DNA of 64,000 nucleotides from Macrostomum hystrix (taxonomy: Eukaryota > Animalia > Platyhelminthes). Under the pieces are notes generated by a model. It was not told the DNA's origin, made no database searches, and saw nothing but the letters and a program-made list of their open reading frames with translations. Location of the stretch: NCBI GenBank assembly GCA_950097015.1, contig CATNEN010000038.1:7068001-7132000 (forward strand), given 5' to 3'. Positions 24,632-38,343 of the stretch are shown here, in pieces. The position numbers were made by a program, and so were the translations under genes. Each line of letters starts with the position of its first letter. The first letter of the stretch is position 1.

Positions 24632-26669
24632 GTAAAATGACCGCGAGAACCGCTGATTTCAGAGCGCCACTGAGAAGCTACTCCGGGGGTAAGTTTTGGC
24701 AGGTAAGTTTTTTGAGGTCTGTTTGCTCAATTATTGGGCACTTTTTTAGTTTTAGGGCGCAGGTGCGTTTCTCAACCTCATCTTCTATTCATTTGGCACA
24801 GTGATCTCTGTTTAAGCTAGCTCAAGTTTGAAAACATTTTATCTCAAGACAATCCTGTATTTCCCAACACTTTGGGTACCTTGCTGTTGCCAAAATTGGT
24901 GCTCGCAAACACACAGCCATTGTCAACAATCGCAGTGCACCAGGATACAAGCTACAAGATAGATTTTTATTCTCCAAAATTGCACTGTGCCAGTCAGGTT
25001 TCTTCTCTGACTAATCCTCTGACAAAAAGTCACTTAAAAGCATTAAAAAGTTCGTTTCTCCTCTCTCTACCTTCACGTCTGACATTCTTTGCTGTCTGTA
25101 AGTCAAGCCAAAAAAAATTCCTTGCTTGAATAGCCAGCTGACTATTGACGTCGTCTTGTCGTAATTCCTCCTATAATTCTGTCTTAAGCCCCTGCAAGCC
25201 TAGCAGTGCATGCATGAGAATTTTTACTCGCATTGTATACTTCAAAGTGCTCCATCCGTCCCCAACGTGTGCCATTTATCTTGGCAGAAAATGTTTTTTG
25301 GAGGCTGACATCTCGCGATCTCAGGCCGTGATGACTACTTTAAAAAGCGTTTTCTTATTAATCCCATTATTTCTGCTAAATTTGTCTAATATCGTTTAGA
25401 GAACCCGAATAGCGACTTCTGTAGCATTATTTTTTTAACTCTCTGACTAGTTATTGAGTTCATTCGATTCAATACACTGCGAAAGGCTATCGCTTCTGGA
25501 GATCCGGCGATCATTAGTGACAGAGGACCCGCAGCCAGCGAGGAGGCAATTCTGCCCATTTCGCTGACTCCTGAGCACACACGCACACAGATACCGTACG
25601 CAGGCACACGCTCACACAGGTGTGTACATCTACCCTGAATTTCTCTTCGTCAGGCAGTCTACACTCTCACTGTGCCTTGGAGGTTGGCCCTCAAGGGTGT
25701 AAATTGCACGACAAGCCCCCAAAGCCTTCTCTCTGCGGCTGCGCCCCAAATAAATGTGGCCTCGCCGTGGAATCGAACTAATTAGGGACCATGGTGCGGG
25801 AGGCAAACGCGTTAAACGCTTTCCCACCGCCCCCTATGACTACTTTGACAAGGTTCTTTAATCCCAAGCAGCTTGCTATTAGGGTCTGCAGTTCTCCTGA
25901 AGCTGTTGCACTGAGTAGTATAAGGATCTATCTGATGGATTTCCACGGTTTAAATCCTCAGTTGCCACCCAGTCCGCTGCGCTTCACCAATCTCACCAGA
26001 GTCTACCTTGTTCTATTACCTTGACCAAAAAGCTTCTGCATTTGAGTGTTGTTTGAAGTGACTGAGTTAGATGTAGCCACTAAAAGCATGCGCATAATGC
26101 TTTGTCACGCATGATGCTAAAGGTTGCTGCAGTCCTTATATGCAGCAGCAGCAGCAGCCACAGCACCTACTAACAGAGCCTGGCTGTATCGAGAGAGAAA
26201 TGAGGAATGTATGCGTCCCCAAAAAATTCTCATCTCATCTTAAAACGGGAGAGAACAGATTGTCAATTAGAGGACAGGTGCAATTCCAGTAGAGGGACAA
26301 TTTGGGAGAAATGGAGAAATAGCCATCAGGTTGTCTCGCGCTGAAATTTCCCTTGCAGGTCGGTCCCGGAGCGAGGCAAGTGAGTATTTCATTCTAAATG
26401 CTTCGACTTCCGCAAGAAGCTAATATTGAACATATAGCATTCATAGGGTGGCTTAGTGTGGATGACAAGCTATTAATATCAAATGGTAAATAATACTAAC
26501 TGTTCGTCCAAGAATGGAGCTGCAGGTAAAACGGTACTACAGCATCCGACTCTTGGAGTCCCTGAGTTCGAATCCGCATACAGGTTACTTAAAATTGGGG
26601 CGCAGCCGTGAAGAGTTCGCTGGTAAGCTTGTCGAGCAAATTTCTGCCCCAGTGTGACTGTTTACCCAC

Positions 26670-27414
26670 CCACCTGTGGCACTTTATACACCTGTGGGAC
26701 GGTTACTACACCTGTGGGACGTTTTATACACATTTGGGAAGGTCTATACACCTGTGGGACGTTTTATACACCTGTGGGACGGTTTATACACCTGTGGGAC
26801 GGTTACTACACCTGTGGGACGTTTTATACACCTGTGGAACGTTTTATACACCTGTGGGACGGTTTATACACCTGTGGGACGTTTTATACACCTGTGGAAC
26901 GGTTTATACACCTGTGGGACGGTTACTACACCTGTGGGACGTTTTATACACATTTGGGAAGGTCTATACACCTGTGGGACGTTTTATACACCTGTGGGAC
27001 GGTTTATACACCTGTGGGACGGTTACTACACCTGTGGGACGTTTTATACACATGTGGGACGTTTTATACACCTGTGGGACGGTTTATACACCTGTGAGAC
27101 GGTTTATACACCTGTGGAACGGTTTATACACCTTTGGGAAGGTTTATACACATGTGGGACGGTTTATACACCTGTGGGACGTTTTATACACCTGTGGGAC
27201 GGTTTATACACCTGTGGGACAGTTTATACACCTGTGAGACGGTTTATACACCTTTGGGAAGGTTTATACACCTGTGGAACGCTTTATACACATGTGGCAC
27301 GTTTTATACACCTTTGGGAAGGTTTATACACATGTGGAACGGTTTATACACCTGTGGGACGGTTTATACACCTGTGGGACGGTTTATACACCTGTGGGAC
27401 GGTTTATACACCTG
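26670..27414. repeat. Minisatellite, 20-bp unit (tttatacacctgtgggacgg), about 37 copies with recurring variant types
   Basis: Fixed 20-bp register; variants ggttactaca, catttgggaa and ggtctataca recur. Confidence 0.95.
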
Positions 27415-27875
27415 TCTGACTGTGTGCCTGCACAACGTGTCCGTGAGCCCGTCTGTGCTTAGGGTCGAGTGGAATAAAGTCGACTGTTGCCAAAAAATTT
27501 TACAACTGACAGCCCCGAGCATACGTATTAATAATTATATTACTAATATCCTAGTTTGAACCAGCTTTCGAAAGCCAGCCATGCCGTCAGCATCATAAAA
27601 AGTGAGTCTTATTATCCTTTTAAAGTTGCGCAGAACAGCAGGGTGCGGAAACTCTGCCAGCAGGTCTTCCCTCCCTCTCTGCTGGGTCGGGGATGGGATC
27701 ACAGCCAATAGAGCCGGCCGGAGGGCGAGGATGCAGTCGGGCAATAACTTTTTCGTTCGTCGCTGGGAAACAGTAAAAACATATATTTACGGGGGCGATA
27801 ACAGTTATTTAACATTAGAGCCGTTGCGAAGGGAAGGCCGACGCGCTAGACATTGGAGATCATCGCATAGCCACA

Positions 27876-30800
27876 ATGCGACCAAACAGCGTCGCCTTGT
27901 ATAAATTCCTATTGTGCTGTCTCGTGTGCTGCTGCTGCCTGGCCGTCAGTAGCGGCTACAGGTGGGACTACGTCAAGACAGTCTACAATGGCACCGAGTA
28001 CATCTTCCGCTATCCGCTGACTGATTCAAGCACGGCAACTTACGACAATGCTCTGGCTTGTGTGACGTACTCAGCCGAATGCCTGATCTTGACAGAGAAC
28101 ACCTACCGGATATTCGCGCCACTCAACGACACCAGAGCCGCCGACGCATTCACCAAACTGTTCGCAGAAAAGTGAGGCACTCGATTGAACTTTATAATTC
28201 CTTAACTGAATATAAGGTACTTCTAAACTAAAACTTTAAAAATGAAATATTTTTATATTGCTCAAAATACTTTTAAAGTTATCGATAATTGATTCTTGAG
28301 GCTTACCGGGCGGCCGGGGGCATGAGCACACGCACACGCGGACACCGTACGCAGGTACACACTCACACAGCTGTGTACATCTGACATGACTTCTCATTAC
28401 CAGGCAGTGCGTGTACACGTGTATGGCAAAAGCCCGCAAGCCTTCTCATTGCGGCTGCGCCAAAATTAATATGGCCTTGTCGCGGAATCGAGCTCGCGGA
28501 CCTTGTTGCGAGAGCCAAACGTCGGTTTTACAAATAACAAGATTATTTATTTACATTTTAAGCGAATTTTTGACAGCCATCCACCGAAGCTCTGACGGAA
28601 CAAATTCTAAGAACCCCACGACAATGGTAGCCATGCAAAAGGGAATATTCATGCTTTTTGTATTCGATTTAACCTAATAAATCCTAGTTCCTTTGTTCTT
28701 TTGCTGTTCCCGAATCCATCGCTCGGGAAATGACAACACTAAACTCGGCTAATTAATGCTTGTCTGTGACCGAAAGACCTCAGATTAAAAAATACTTATT
28801 GGCTGTTATCTGTCTCGACATGCCACTGCCATAGTTGCCACCTACTATAGTTTAAACAAAGAAAGACGCACCCTGACTATATCTCAAAAACATTTTCAGC
28901 ACGACGCTAAGACTTATTGTGGACAATAAAGAGCTGTGCACCAACTGGACGTATCAGCCCTACACAGCTGATACAAGTCCTCCCGTGCCGCTGGCTTGGA
29001 ACATGTTCGGACCAAGATTCACTCCGCCAACCTCCCAGTGGAACACGGCAATATCGTACAGCAAGAACCACAATCTAATCGCACTGAGAAAGTCTGGCAA
29101 CGTTTTTCTGTACACACCGGCTGCGACAAGTACAATGATGTTCCCAGTCTGCGAGTACTTCCCTCTACGTAAGGGTTCACAATGCCTACCTCTTGCTATA
29201 TCTCATTGTTACTTACTACATAACACGGCAATGCCCACCCCTGACCCAATCATGCAGCCAACAGCTCGATATCAGCTCCGGCGATCTCATGCAGCGCAGC
29301 CAGTCCGGTATTCAGCGTAGACGCCGGGCCACTGGTAAACCAGAGCTACTGCGTGCACAACTACCAGTTCAAGGTTGACAGTGACTACAAATTCGACATT
29401 GGCGGCTACACCCTCTTCTGTGAGAAGGCCGGTGGGCGACCGGCACAGGCGGAGAGCGTCGATAAGCGAAACAAACTCTGGTCAGTCAAGCTGCACAAGT
29501 GCACGTTTCGGATTTCTAAAACATTTCTTGGTCAGATAGTCAGACATCAGATATTTTTACGCTTATCTTCACCCAAAAAATGTTAGGAAATTTGTAAACG
29601 AATCAATTTTGCCCGGCCCTGACGTGACCAACGGAGACTACCTGATGCTCGCGCTGAATTACGACACGGGCATGACCAACTGGCGTCGCCAGTCCTACTG
29701 CCTACCGGGAACGCCTTGCCGATCCAACCTGAACAACGACATCCTAAACAAGGACAAGAGTAAGGGGCTAATTGTTCGCTATAAATGGAAGAATACGGCT
29801 CCCATGGAAGTTAAGGCGAATGACATCAACCACAGAAGTGGCGTGCTATGCACAGGTACGGAATCCTATTTTCTTGAACGAAGATCATAATTCGCATTTT
29901 GAGGTGAGTGGCGGCAAACGCGTTTGCATCTCGCACCAAGGTCTAGACACTAGTGTCACTAAATGATGCGCCATTGCCTGCAGCACTCCTGGAATTAATG
30001 TGCTTAAGTCACCCGTGATTTCAGCAATGACCTGCCCCAATCCACACACTGACGATCAGCTGAATGAAAGACACCTCAATTGCGCCTCATGGAACAGCAC
30101 CCTGCCCGCTGCTCAGCTTCAGCTGAAGAAGCTGCCATTCCAGCAGATTGAGTACACCTGCGCCCCCAACTACGGACTCTCCAACGCCGGTGCTGCCAGT
30201 AGCATTGTTAGGCGATGCACGGAGGTAAAAAACTGATTGGATTTGGGATTTTGAGTATTTTAACATAAAATATACGTCCTGCAGAGAAATCGTTTGAGAT
30301 TTGTCGCCTTGAAAGATTAGGTTGAAGTTCCATTGAAGCTTCTGTTTTCAGGATGCCGTCTGGGACAGCGAAATTCCGCTCTGTGTGTCGCCGCCCTGCC
30401 GCGAGATGCCAGCCTACCCGAACAACACCGCCGACATCAGCAGCTTCACTGTCAGTGGCACAACATCCGCCTACAGCAGTCAGCAGCTGGCTGGCCGCCT
30501 TGCGAACGGCACAGTTCGGCCGGGTGACCAGATCGCCTTCGCCTGCAAGCCGGGCCTCACCGGATCCGGCCAGGTTACCACCTGTCTCTCTGGCGGCTCC
30601 TGGAGCTCCGTGAGCATGGACTGCTCTCCCGGCTACTGCGGTGGCTCCTCGGTTCCGCCCACTGTGGCCCACTCGCAGGCCAACGCAACCCTGGGCAACG
30701 CCTCCTGGGAGGGCATCAGCCTGGCCTTCACCTGCAACGTCAACTACAGCGTCGGTGGAGTGCCGGGCGGCGCGCCCGGCTTCGTCATCAGCTGCATCAA

Positions 30801-32639
30801 CGGCAGCTGGTCCTACTTCGGCAACCTGAGCTGCCGCGCCACCGCGTGCTCGACCCTGCCGCCCGGGCTCGGCAACTCCAGCCTGTACAGCTCGCTGAAC
30901 CCCGACCAGGCGCTTGCAGGCCTGCCGCCGACCGGAGTCCAGGTGGACGACAGCCTCGGCTACGAGTGCCGGAGGGGCTTCGCTAGGACAACGCAGAACC
31001 GACGCTTGAGCATCACCTGTCGACTGGGCAACCGCTGGGAGCCGGAAGTTCCCGGACCCTGCCAGCTGCTCAACTGTTCTCAGCCGGAAGCCGTCGTGCT
31101 CCAACCGCAGGCCGCTCGAATGACGCGACTCAACGCGTCGTTTGACTTTGCTAACAGCTCGCACCTGCCCTACTCAACTCTGGTGCGGCTGAGCTGCCTG
31201 GAGCCGTACTTCCCACAGCCCGGATGCAGCGAGCTGGCCATCTGCAGCCTCTCAGACAGCGACCCGACGACTGCAGCCTGGCACGGCGTGGGCTCCAGCC
31301 AAGCCTTCAGCTGCCGAAGTAAGTCACGTAAATTTATATTATGCAGTCAGCAGTTACAACGAATTCATTTTCACAACTCATCTCAAAATCTCACCGAAAT
31401 CGAAAGAAACCGTCTTATAAACTGTGAAGCAGTTTGGAACGGGAAAGGGTCACAGACTGCCCTTATTCTTCACAGAGAGATTACTCAGTTGAATTCGCGC
31501 TCTGTGAGCTGAGCTAAAATATGGCGCTAGAAGGTTACTCGCAGGTTTTATCATGATCGCTGGGGCAATCCACAGTTTGTGGGGCAAATATTAGCCCGGA
31601 GCAAAGTTTCATCTTCAGTTTTTTGTCCTCTTCTCGGCCTGATTCCTTAGTCATTCAGACCGAATTTTCACGCGCACTCATAGATACTTACAATTTTTTG
31701 TGGGTGAGTTTCAAGTAAAGTTCAACCCATAGTGAAAATCTTGAACGGTTATTAACTAACCCTCATCCACTGCGACAGAGCACTGCAACAACAGCCAGCT
31801 GGCGCAACTCGTGGGCTTCGGACAGGTCGTCTTCCCCTCGAGCTCCTTCACCGCCCCCGACCTCGCCGCCAACGTGTCCTGCCTGTCCAGCGCCTTCGCC
31901 CCGCTGGCTCCGAACTCGAGTCTGCAGGGCGACTCCCAGGCCTCCCTGCTGGCTGTCTGCAACACCGGCGACTGGACGGTGCTCGACCTGCCCCTCTCGG
32001 CGACGTCCGAGATGCTGTGCCAACCGAAGCCCTGCCTGCTGCCGAACAACCTGACGACATCGACTGTCCTGCCAAGCAACAACCTGGGCAACGTGACCTT
32101 GAGCGACGGCCGAGTCTACCTGCCAGTTAACAGCACAGCCAACGTCACCTGCTGGCCCAACAGCCGCTTCGAGGACGCGATGGAGAACTCGCGGGCGGCC
32201 ACCTGCCGGCTGGGTGAGTGGAGGAACAAGCAGCTCTAAATGAGCATCTCGAATTATTGTTTTAAACAACTCAAACTGGAAAGTTCACTTGTCCAGAGTT
32301 TCATAAATACAGATGTCAAGCTCCATGCTTGAAATACGAGCGTAGTTCCAATACCGCCGGTCCCAGGTCCGCAGTGGCAGGCCAGCGGGTCGCTGAGCTG
32401 CCAGCCAGTCACGTGCTCCGACAGCCAGTTCGGTCTCGACCCCAGCGTGCTGTCGGGGCCTCTGAACGCCAGCAACCTGTCCGAGCAGGTGTCCGGCCCG
32501 TTCCGGGTGGGAGACCGGGTGGCCTTCGTCTGCCGAGCGAACGCCTCCTCGCCCGGCAGCAGCGTGCTGCTCAACTGCACCGCCGGCGCGAACTTCTCGG
32601 CATTCTGGCAGCCGAGCGTTGGTCCACCGCACTGCGCAG
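27876..32639 (+). CDS. Lectin/CCP protein paralog 2 (at least 977 aa); exons 27876-28171, 28900-29168, 29258-29480, 29587-29855, 30025-30224, 30352-31318, 31779-32213, 32367-32639; 3' end uncertain
   Basis: Same exon phases and domain order as paralog 1; signal peptide MRPNSVALYKFLLCCLVCCCCLAVSSG followed by YRWDYVKTVY. Confidence 0.8.
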
Positions 32640-33419
32640 GTAAAATGACCGCGAGAACCGCTGATTTCAGAGCGCGACTGAGAAGCTACTCCGGGGGTAA
32701 GTTTCAGCAGGTAAGTTTCGGAGCAAGTTATTAGTAGTAGGGCATCATCATTGTCATTCTCTCGGCATCAGTATCACTTTATAGAGCAGCAAGCTGAACA
32801 AAGGTATTGTTGAGATTGTTATCTCATTGGCCAAGAGATTTATCTATAGTATCTAAATGCAGCTAATTTTTTTACAAATTTTGCATGCCAGAGGTAAGTG
32901 TTTTTGTTTAATTGCCTCGATGGTCGGAGCACGAAGTTATTAATGTTTTCATATGCATCAGTCCGTGAATGAAGATAGGCAGCATTTAATGCCCGTGTAA
33001 CCTGGATATATTTAGGAAACTGAAAGCACTGAGGCGGATGAAAAACACAGCCACTAAATACGTCTGTTTTGTGCTTAACGTGTTTTTTCTGTCAGACGAT
33101 ACGTTGAAGTCATATTACGCTTGTAAATTACGAATAAACTATTCTGTTCGTATGATTTAGTAGTTAGCTTTAGTTAATGGCGTCTTTGAGATTCCTTTTT
33201 TGTTTTTTATAGTATTTAAGTGACTGCATGCTCGTGTATATTTTATTCATGCATTTTAAACCTGTGATCAGATCTGTGATTCATTTCGATTTTATGCATA
33301 AGAATGATTCTTGATTTTAGTCTAACAAGTTCTATCTAAACGTTTCTCAAGTTAGCAACACGCAGAGCCGATAGCGGGTCTTTTTGTTTTACGAGTACTT
33401 AATGTTTATCTGACAACGA

Positions 33420-33650
33420 GGATCGGTCTCATCGTGAGCGCGCAGAAGAATGATCTGGTAGATGCTGACGGTGCAGAACGTGCTGCTGTGAACTCCGCGC
33501 AAGCCCGGGCAGGGACGGTCAACCCGCTACATCGACCTGCTTTTTGGTGACGCTCCGAGCCAAGCTGAAGGAGAGATCGAGTGAACTTGGCCTGTAGCGC
33601 GCGATTGGACTGTACCGCCTTTTATTATTATACTTATTTTTATTATTATG
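33420..33650 (+). mobile_element. Decayed 3' end of a non-LTR retrotransposon (RTE-like)
   Basis: A stop-interrupted frame, VQNVLL*TPRKPGQGRSTRYIDLLFGD, resembles the RTE-type ORF C-terminus and is followed by a (TTA)-rich tail. Confidence 0.4.
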
Positions 33651-36600
33651 TGTATGGAAATCACAGAGCCACAGTGTAAGCCTTACAAAAGCTTGCAAGG
33701 TATAATAATACAAATATGATATTGAAGACAGCAAACGTCCTCAGATCAAAGCTATGAGTATATGTGCTGCCCTAAATACTTTTTTCTAACGGTTATAGGG
33801 TCAAAGTTTTTTATTTTCCCGACAAAGATGAACTTTCTGATTTCATTTTTATCATCGATACTTTTATTTTCCTATGTTAGAATATTTTCATGCTTGGTTA
33901 GCTGCTATTCCACTGGCGAACATGACAATAAAACGATAATGCTATTTTTAATACCAGCTGGTATGAATTGCGGCTTGGAGAGAGGCTCATTGTACTCGTA
34001 TTTTGTAAGCTTATGATCGATGATTTTGTTTCAACCCATCCTGCTAGAATTTTATCATGTCACACAAATTATTAATCTCGTATTGCTACCCAACGGATTG
34101 CTGCATGGCCTGGCCTGCAGCTTGTATAGCATTCCATTGTCTGCTCAGTGAAGTGTTCATTGTTCACGCAAGAGCTCCGTCTGTTGCATGTCTGTCCAGC
34201 ATGCACTGATGAAAAAGTCTCATTTTCTATCATTTAGTATTCTGTAAAAAACTTTCAATCGTGGATAAGACCCAAGGCATGGATGGCTTAATTGGCTTTG
34301 AATTAGTTGGGAATTTTGTATTTAAGAAAAAAAATTGTTATCTGTTTTTGGTTTTGCACCAAATCAGTTCTACATTTTTTCTTTGGTTTTAATAAAATTT
34401 GATAATTAAAATAAGTAGACAGCGGACTATTGTCTGCTTTTCTGCATTAATTTACAGAAATTAAATCTTTGTGGATAACAAAAAACATTTGTTTCCCGAA
34501 TACTTATTTCAGGCCCAGTCTTTTTCCGGGGCAAGGACACAATGCTATTACTGTGACTGCGTATATTTGGATTGATTTGATTGCTAAGACCACGAAATTA
34601 TACTCGTATTTAGAAAAGTACACCCATGAAGTTCCAGTCTGCATGCCATTATGAGATTCTGACAATTCAGGAGCTACCCCAGCTCCATCTGTTTTAGCTA
34701 AGTAAACACCACAATAGCTTTGCAGAATAGCTGAATGCCTTGTCATATCAAACATAATCTAACAATTCCCATCAGATATACTCAATACTGCACAATGTCC
34801 AACAATAGTCCTACTCGCTCTATCAATAGTCTCTCGTGGCCCGGAACAAGAGATTTATAAACTGTTTGATTCTGTTAATATTCTAATTTATTTTAATTTT
34901 AACTGGCAAGAAATTTGACAATTTTGGCTAGTAGTAATTGATCTGTAAAAAGTTCATATTGCAGTTTTAGCCTAGCCTAGCTTTCATTTCTGAAAAAACA
35001 CTGGACCAGCGCGCAACCTCTTGAATGTCAACAGGTAAGTAGCCGAGAAATAGTGCGCGAGTGGGACTGGCATGAAAACTGCTTGCTATTAGAACTCTCA
35101 AGACGGTAACAACACGAGAGATGTGGGGCTTTGTCCTTCCTGCAGTGCTCTGTTGGCCTTTACAAAACAGGAACTAACCAGTTAGGAAGGCTATTGTGCA
35201 GAAAAATTCAAGTGCACAGCAATGGACTCGCCATTCCGCTACAGCAGGCGTCCCTAATACCTGATTCACTCTCCCAGTCGAATGGGGAGCCGCGGGAAGC
35301 AGGGCCTAAGCGCATGGTTACTCAGCTAGCAGGACCGCTGGAACAAAGTTGCACCGTTGGCCGCGCTGAATGTGGAATCTGCGCGGACAGACAACTAGCG
35401 ACAGAACCCTAGACCAGACTAATCTAATAATCTAACTAAGCTGACAAATTTTAGCTGAAGCTTATGTGGCTGTGATGTTCAGTGAGCTGCGCTCAACTGT
35501 AGAAAAACCACAGGTGTATTTCAAATACCCTCATTCTTTGTTATTCTGTGTCTCCTAAATAATTACGTCGAGATATTCAACACTTCGCGTCGGGGGTGTC
35601 TGGTGGCAATTACCACCAATATAGACATAACTTTTCTGTTCAAAAAACTTCATAATGTACCCATATCGGCTCTTATTTTTCATTACATTGTATTGATTAT
35701 ATTGTTTGTCTTTATACTGTTTGAACCAATATGGATTTAAGGCCGATGTTAAAGAAATCGTACAAATGCTATTTCATGAATGAAGTCTAAAATGATGATG
35801 AAAAATTAATTTTCCGTCGGAAAACATGATTTAAACATGATTTAACGTGATTTCATTACATGTTTGCCAGTTACAGGTGAAAACACTTAATGTTACCTTG
35901 CTGTTGTCTACTACTACGGCTTAAGCCAATGGGCATAAAATATACAATGAATAATGATTTTTGAACGAACGAACGACAATAGATTCGATTTCTTGCCGAA
36001 TATGCTTTTCGATATCGTCCGCCCCATAGATTTTGTGTTTGATAATGTCCATTCGGTCATACAGTGCGTATTAATGTCACTCTAGTTCATAGACTCAAGT
36101 TTAGAAGACCACATTCAAGGAATAGCTAAGTAAAATATTTTTGTCTATTGTAGGAAGTGGGGGCTTCGCCCCACACCCCGTTCTCACTCTGCGGTTAATA
36201 CCCATAGACTAAAGTTTTTTTCTAAAATTGATCAGCTTGCAGGTCAGGGAATAGCTTATTCAAAATTTTTGTCTATGGCAGGAAGTTTCTACCATAGAAA
36301 CTGCTGTTTTTGAGTAGCGGCCAGTTACTCCAGGCCGCTATCGCGCTGGCGCTGCAATATCATTAACAAAAAAGAGTGCAGAAAAAGATATCAATAAATG
36401 CAGCCTCGGACATTCTAACCACTAGCATGTAATGGTCTCGGAATTCCTCGCTCAGAAGGCGCCCATTAAACGTCTCTAAAATATGCAATCGGACATTATA
36501 TTCCTATAGATCTTAAATTAATATATTATATAGATCTTAGACGTTTTGGGGAATAAGCCGATCTATACATTATTTCAGCGTGCGGTAATGGCATGTCTTG

Positions 36601-37474
36601 CAGTTGTTTTGTGGCTGGCATGTTCTGGTCTAGAACTATGGTCTAGTGACATGAAGAAGATCGCTGGCCAAATTATTCAGGACTAAGGCAGTCACTTTCG
36701 TGTTATTTATTTACACAAAATAATTACCCATCCGTCGGATGCAGTTTATTCAGAGAGTACTGATAACTCAATTCGACACTGAATCATAGGAAAGCAATCA
36801 GAGGCAGCGACTACTGAGAGTAATGACCAACAGAAATAGTTGAATTTTTGCGATAGCGAAAGAATTTCTTGACGCTGTACAAACTTGTGAGAGCAATCGG
36901 AGGGCTCAGCAGAAAAACTAACGGAACACAGATATCTGTGAAAGCCAGGCTTGCTACAATCAATAAAAATATGTTACAATTGGCTTAATCGCAGTCGAAA
37001 AATTGGTTTGCAGTTTCTGATAAACAAAATACATTCAAATGGATAATTGATAATAAAATCAGGAGAGTGCATTAAAAATTATGACTGAGAATCTGATGCC
37101 TACAAATCTTTATTCCAGAAGAAGAGATGATGGTTGTGAGGATGAGATTAGCTCATGAAAAAGCCTACAAGTAGATAAAACAGATCACACGGCAACAACT
37201 GCAGTGACTGAACTCTCATGATTCGCTATTTGCTAAATTCTGCGAAAAACTGATAAAAGATTAACAACAGAAGGACCAAGGGGGTTTTACGCACAGTTCT
37301 CTTTGTTCTGTATCTCCCAAAATATTCAACCAATCGCCATGAAAACCCGAAATTTTCCGCTCAATCGAATCAAACAACTTCCAGAATTACAAAACGTCGG
37401 CATCGTCGAGATATTCAACAATTCTCATAGGGATGTCTGGTGGCAAAAACGTCAATATAGACATACCCTTAATC

Positions 37475-37707
37475 GCTGGCAACGCACTACCCTCGCGCAG
37501 CACAAGCTCGACCACAATTCTTCCGCCCTGTGCTCTGCCGGTGGTGAGGCGGATGAGTCCGTTCACCACCTCTTCGACTGTTCGACGAGGCCGACCTCCT
37601 ACACCTCTAGGGCCCGTCCAACCGACGTCATCCGGTTGAAGCGCTCTTCCCTGGTGCCGGGACTGGCCCCGGGCCCGCCTTACTAAGGGCTACCACACAC
37701 ACACACG
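37475..37707 (+). mobile_element. 5'-truncated LINE 3' end with degenerate zinc knuckle and (CA)n tail
   Basis: QRTTLAQ...HKLDHNSSALCSAGGEADESVHHLFDCSTRPT resembles the C-terminal CCHC region of non-LTR ORF2; the fragment ends in accacacacacacac. Confidence 0.55.
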
Positions 37708-38343
37708 ATGCTCACATCGGACGGCTTTGAAAGTTAGTGTATTGTAAAGGACGGTAAGTTTTCATCCATATGGTGGACTAACACGAAAGGTCATTCGGTT
37801 TGGAAGTAGGCAGTGGGTATTTGAAATACACTCTGTGGTCTTTCCCCAAAGGAAAAAATCGCGAGGTTTTTCTGCTGTTAAGAAACAATTTGACAGAATT
37901 GGTATGCAAAAACTGGCTGGATAGGACAACGAGACTCTTAACACAAGACCTAAAACCACGCAAGTAAAAAGTCAATCAGAAAGTAGGCTTACAAATTAAG
38001 ATAACTGCAACATTTACTGAATTAAATCTGCGAATGAACAAAATAAGATAACTGTGATTAATGTAATTTTTTTAATTAAAGAAGTTAGCTGACCTCCCTT
38101 TAGTTGAGCACAAAAACTTTTACAACCAAGGCGGTCAGCTGGCCTTCCTAAAGCTTAAACACGAAACATTTTCTAATCAAATAGTCTGCTGACCTCTCGA
38201 AATTCACCCACAAATACTTTTCCAATAAAAGTGGTCAGTTGACCCCCCCCCTAAAGTTGTCTCGCTAATAATTTTCCAATCAAGGGGTTAGTTAAGCTCC
38301 CAGAAAATGTGCTACAAGAAATTGATCATGGAGGCAGTGCGCA

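Noticed and set aside
22967-27414. 33-bp and 20-bp arrays as possible CRISPR arrays
   Set aside because: Contiguous repeats without unique spacers, no cas genes, eukaryotic context.
33420-33600. Possible terminal/TM exon of lectin/CCP paralog 2
   Set aside because: No hydrophobic segment or good acceptor; better explained as a decayed LINE 3' end.
35131-35460. 93-aa ORF in a GC-richer patch ending in a taatc-like tail
   Set aside because: Possibly a retroelement 3' fragment, but no diagnostic motif supports a call.
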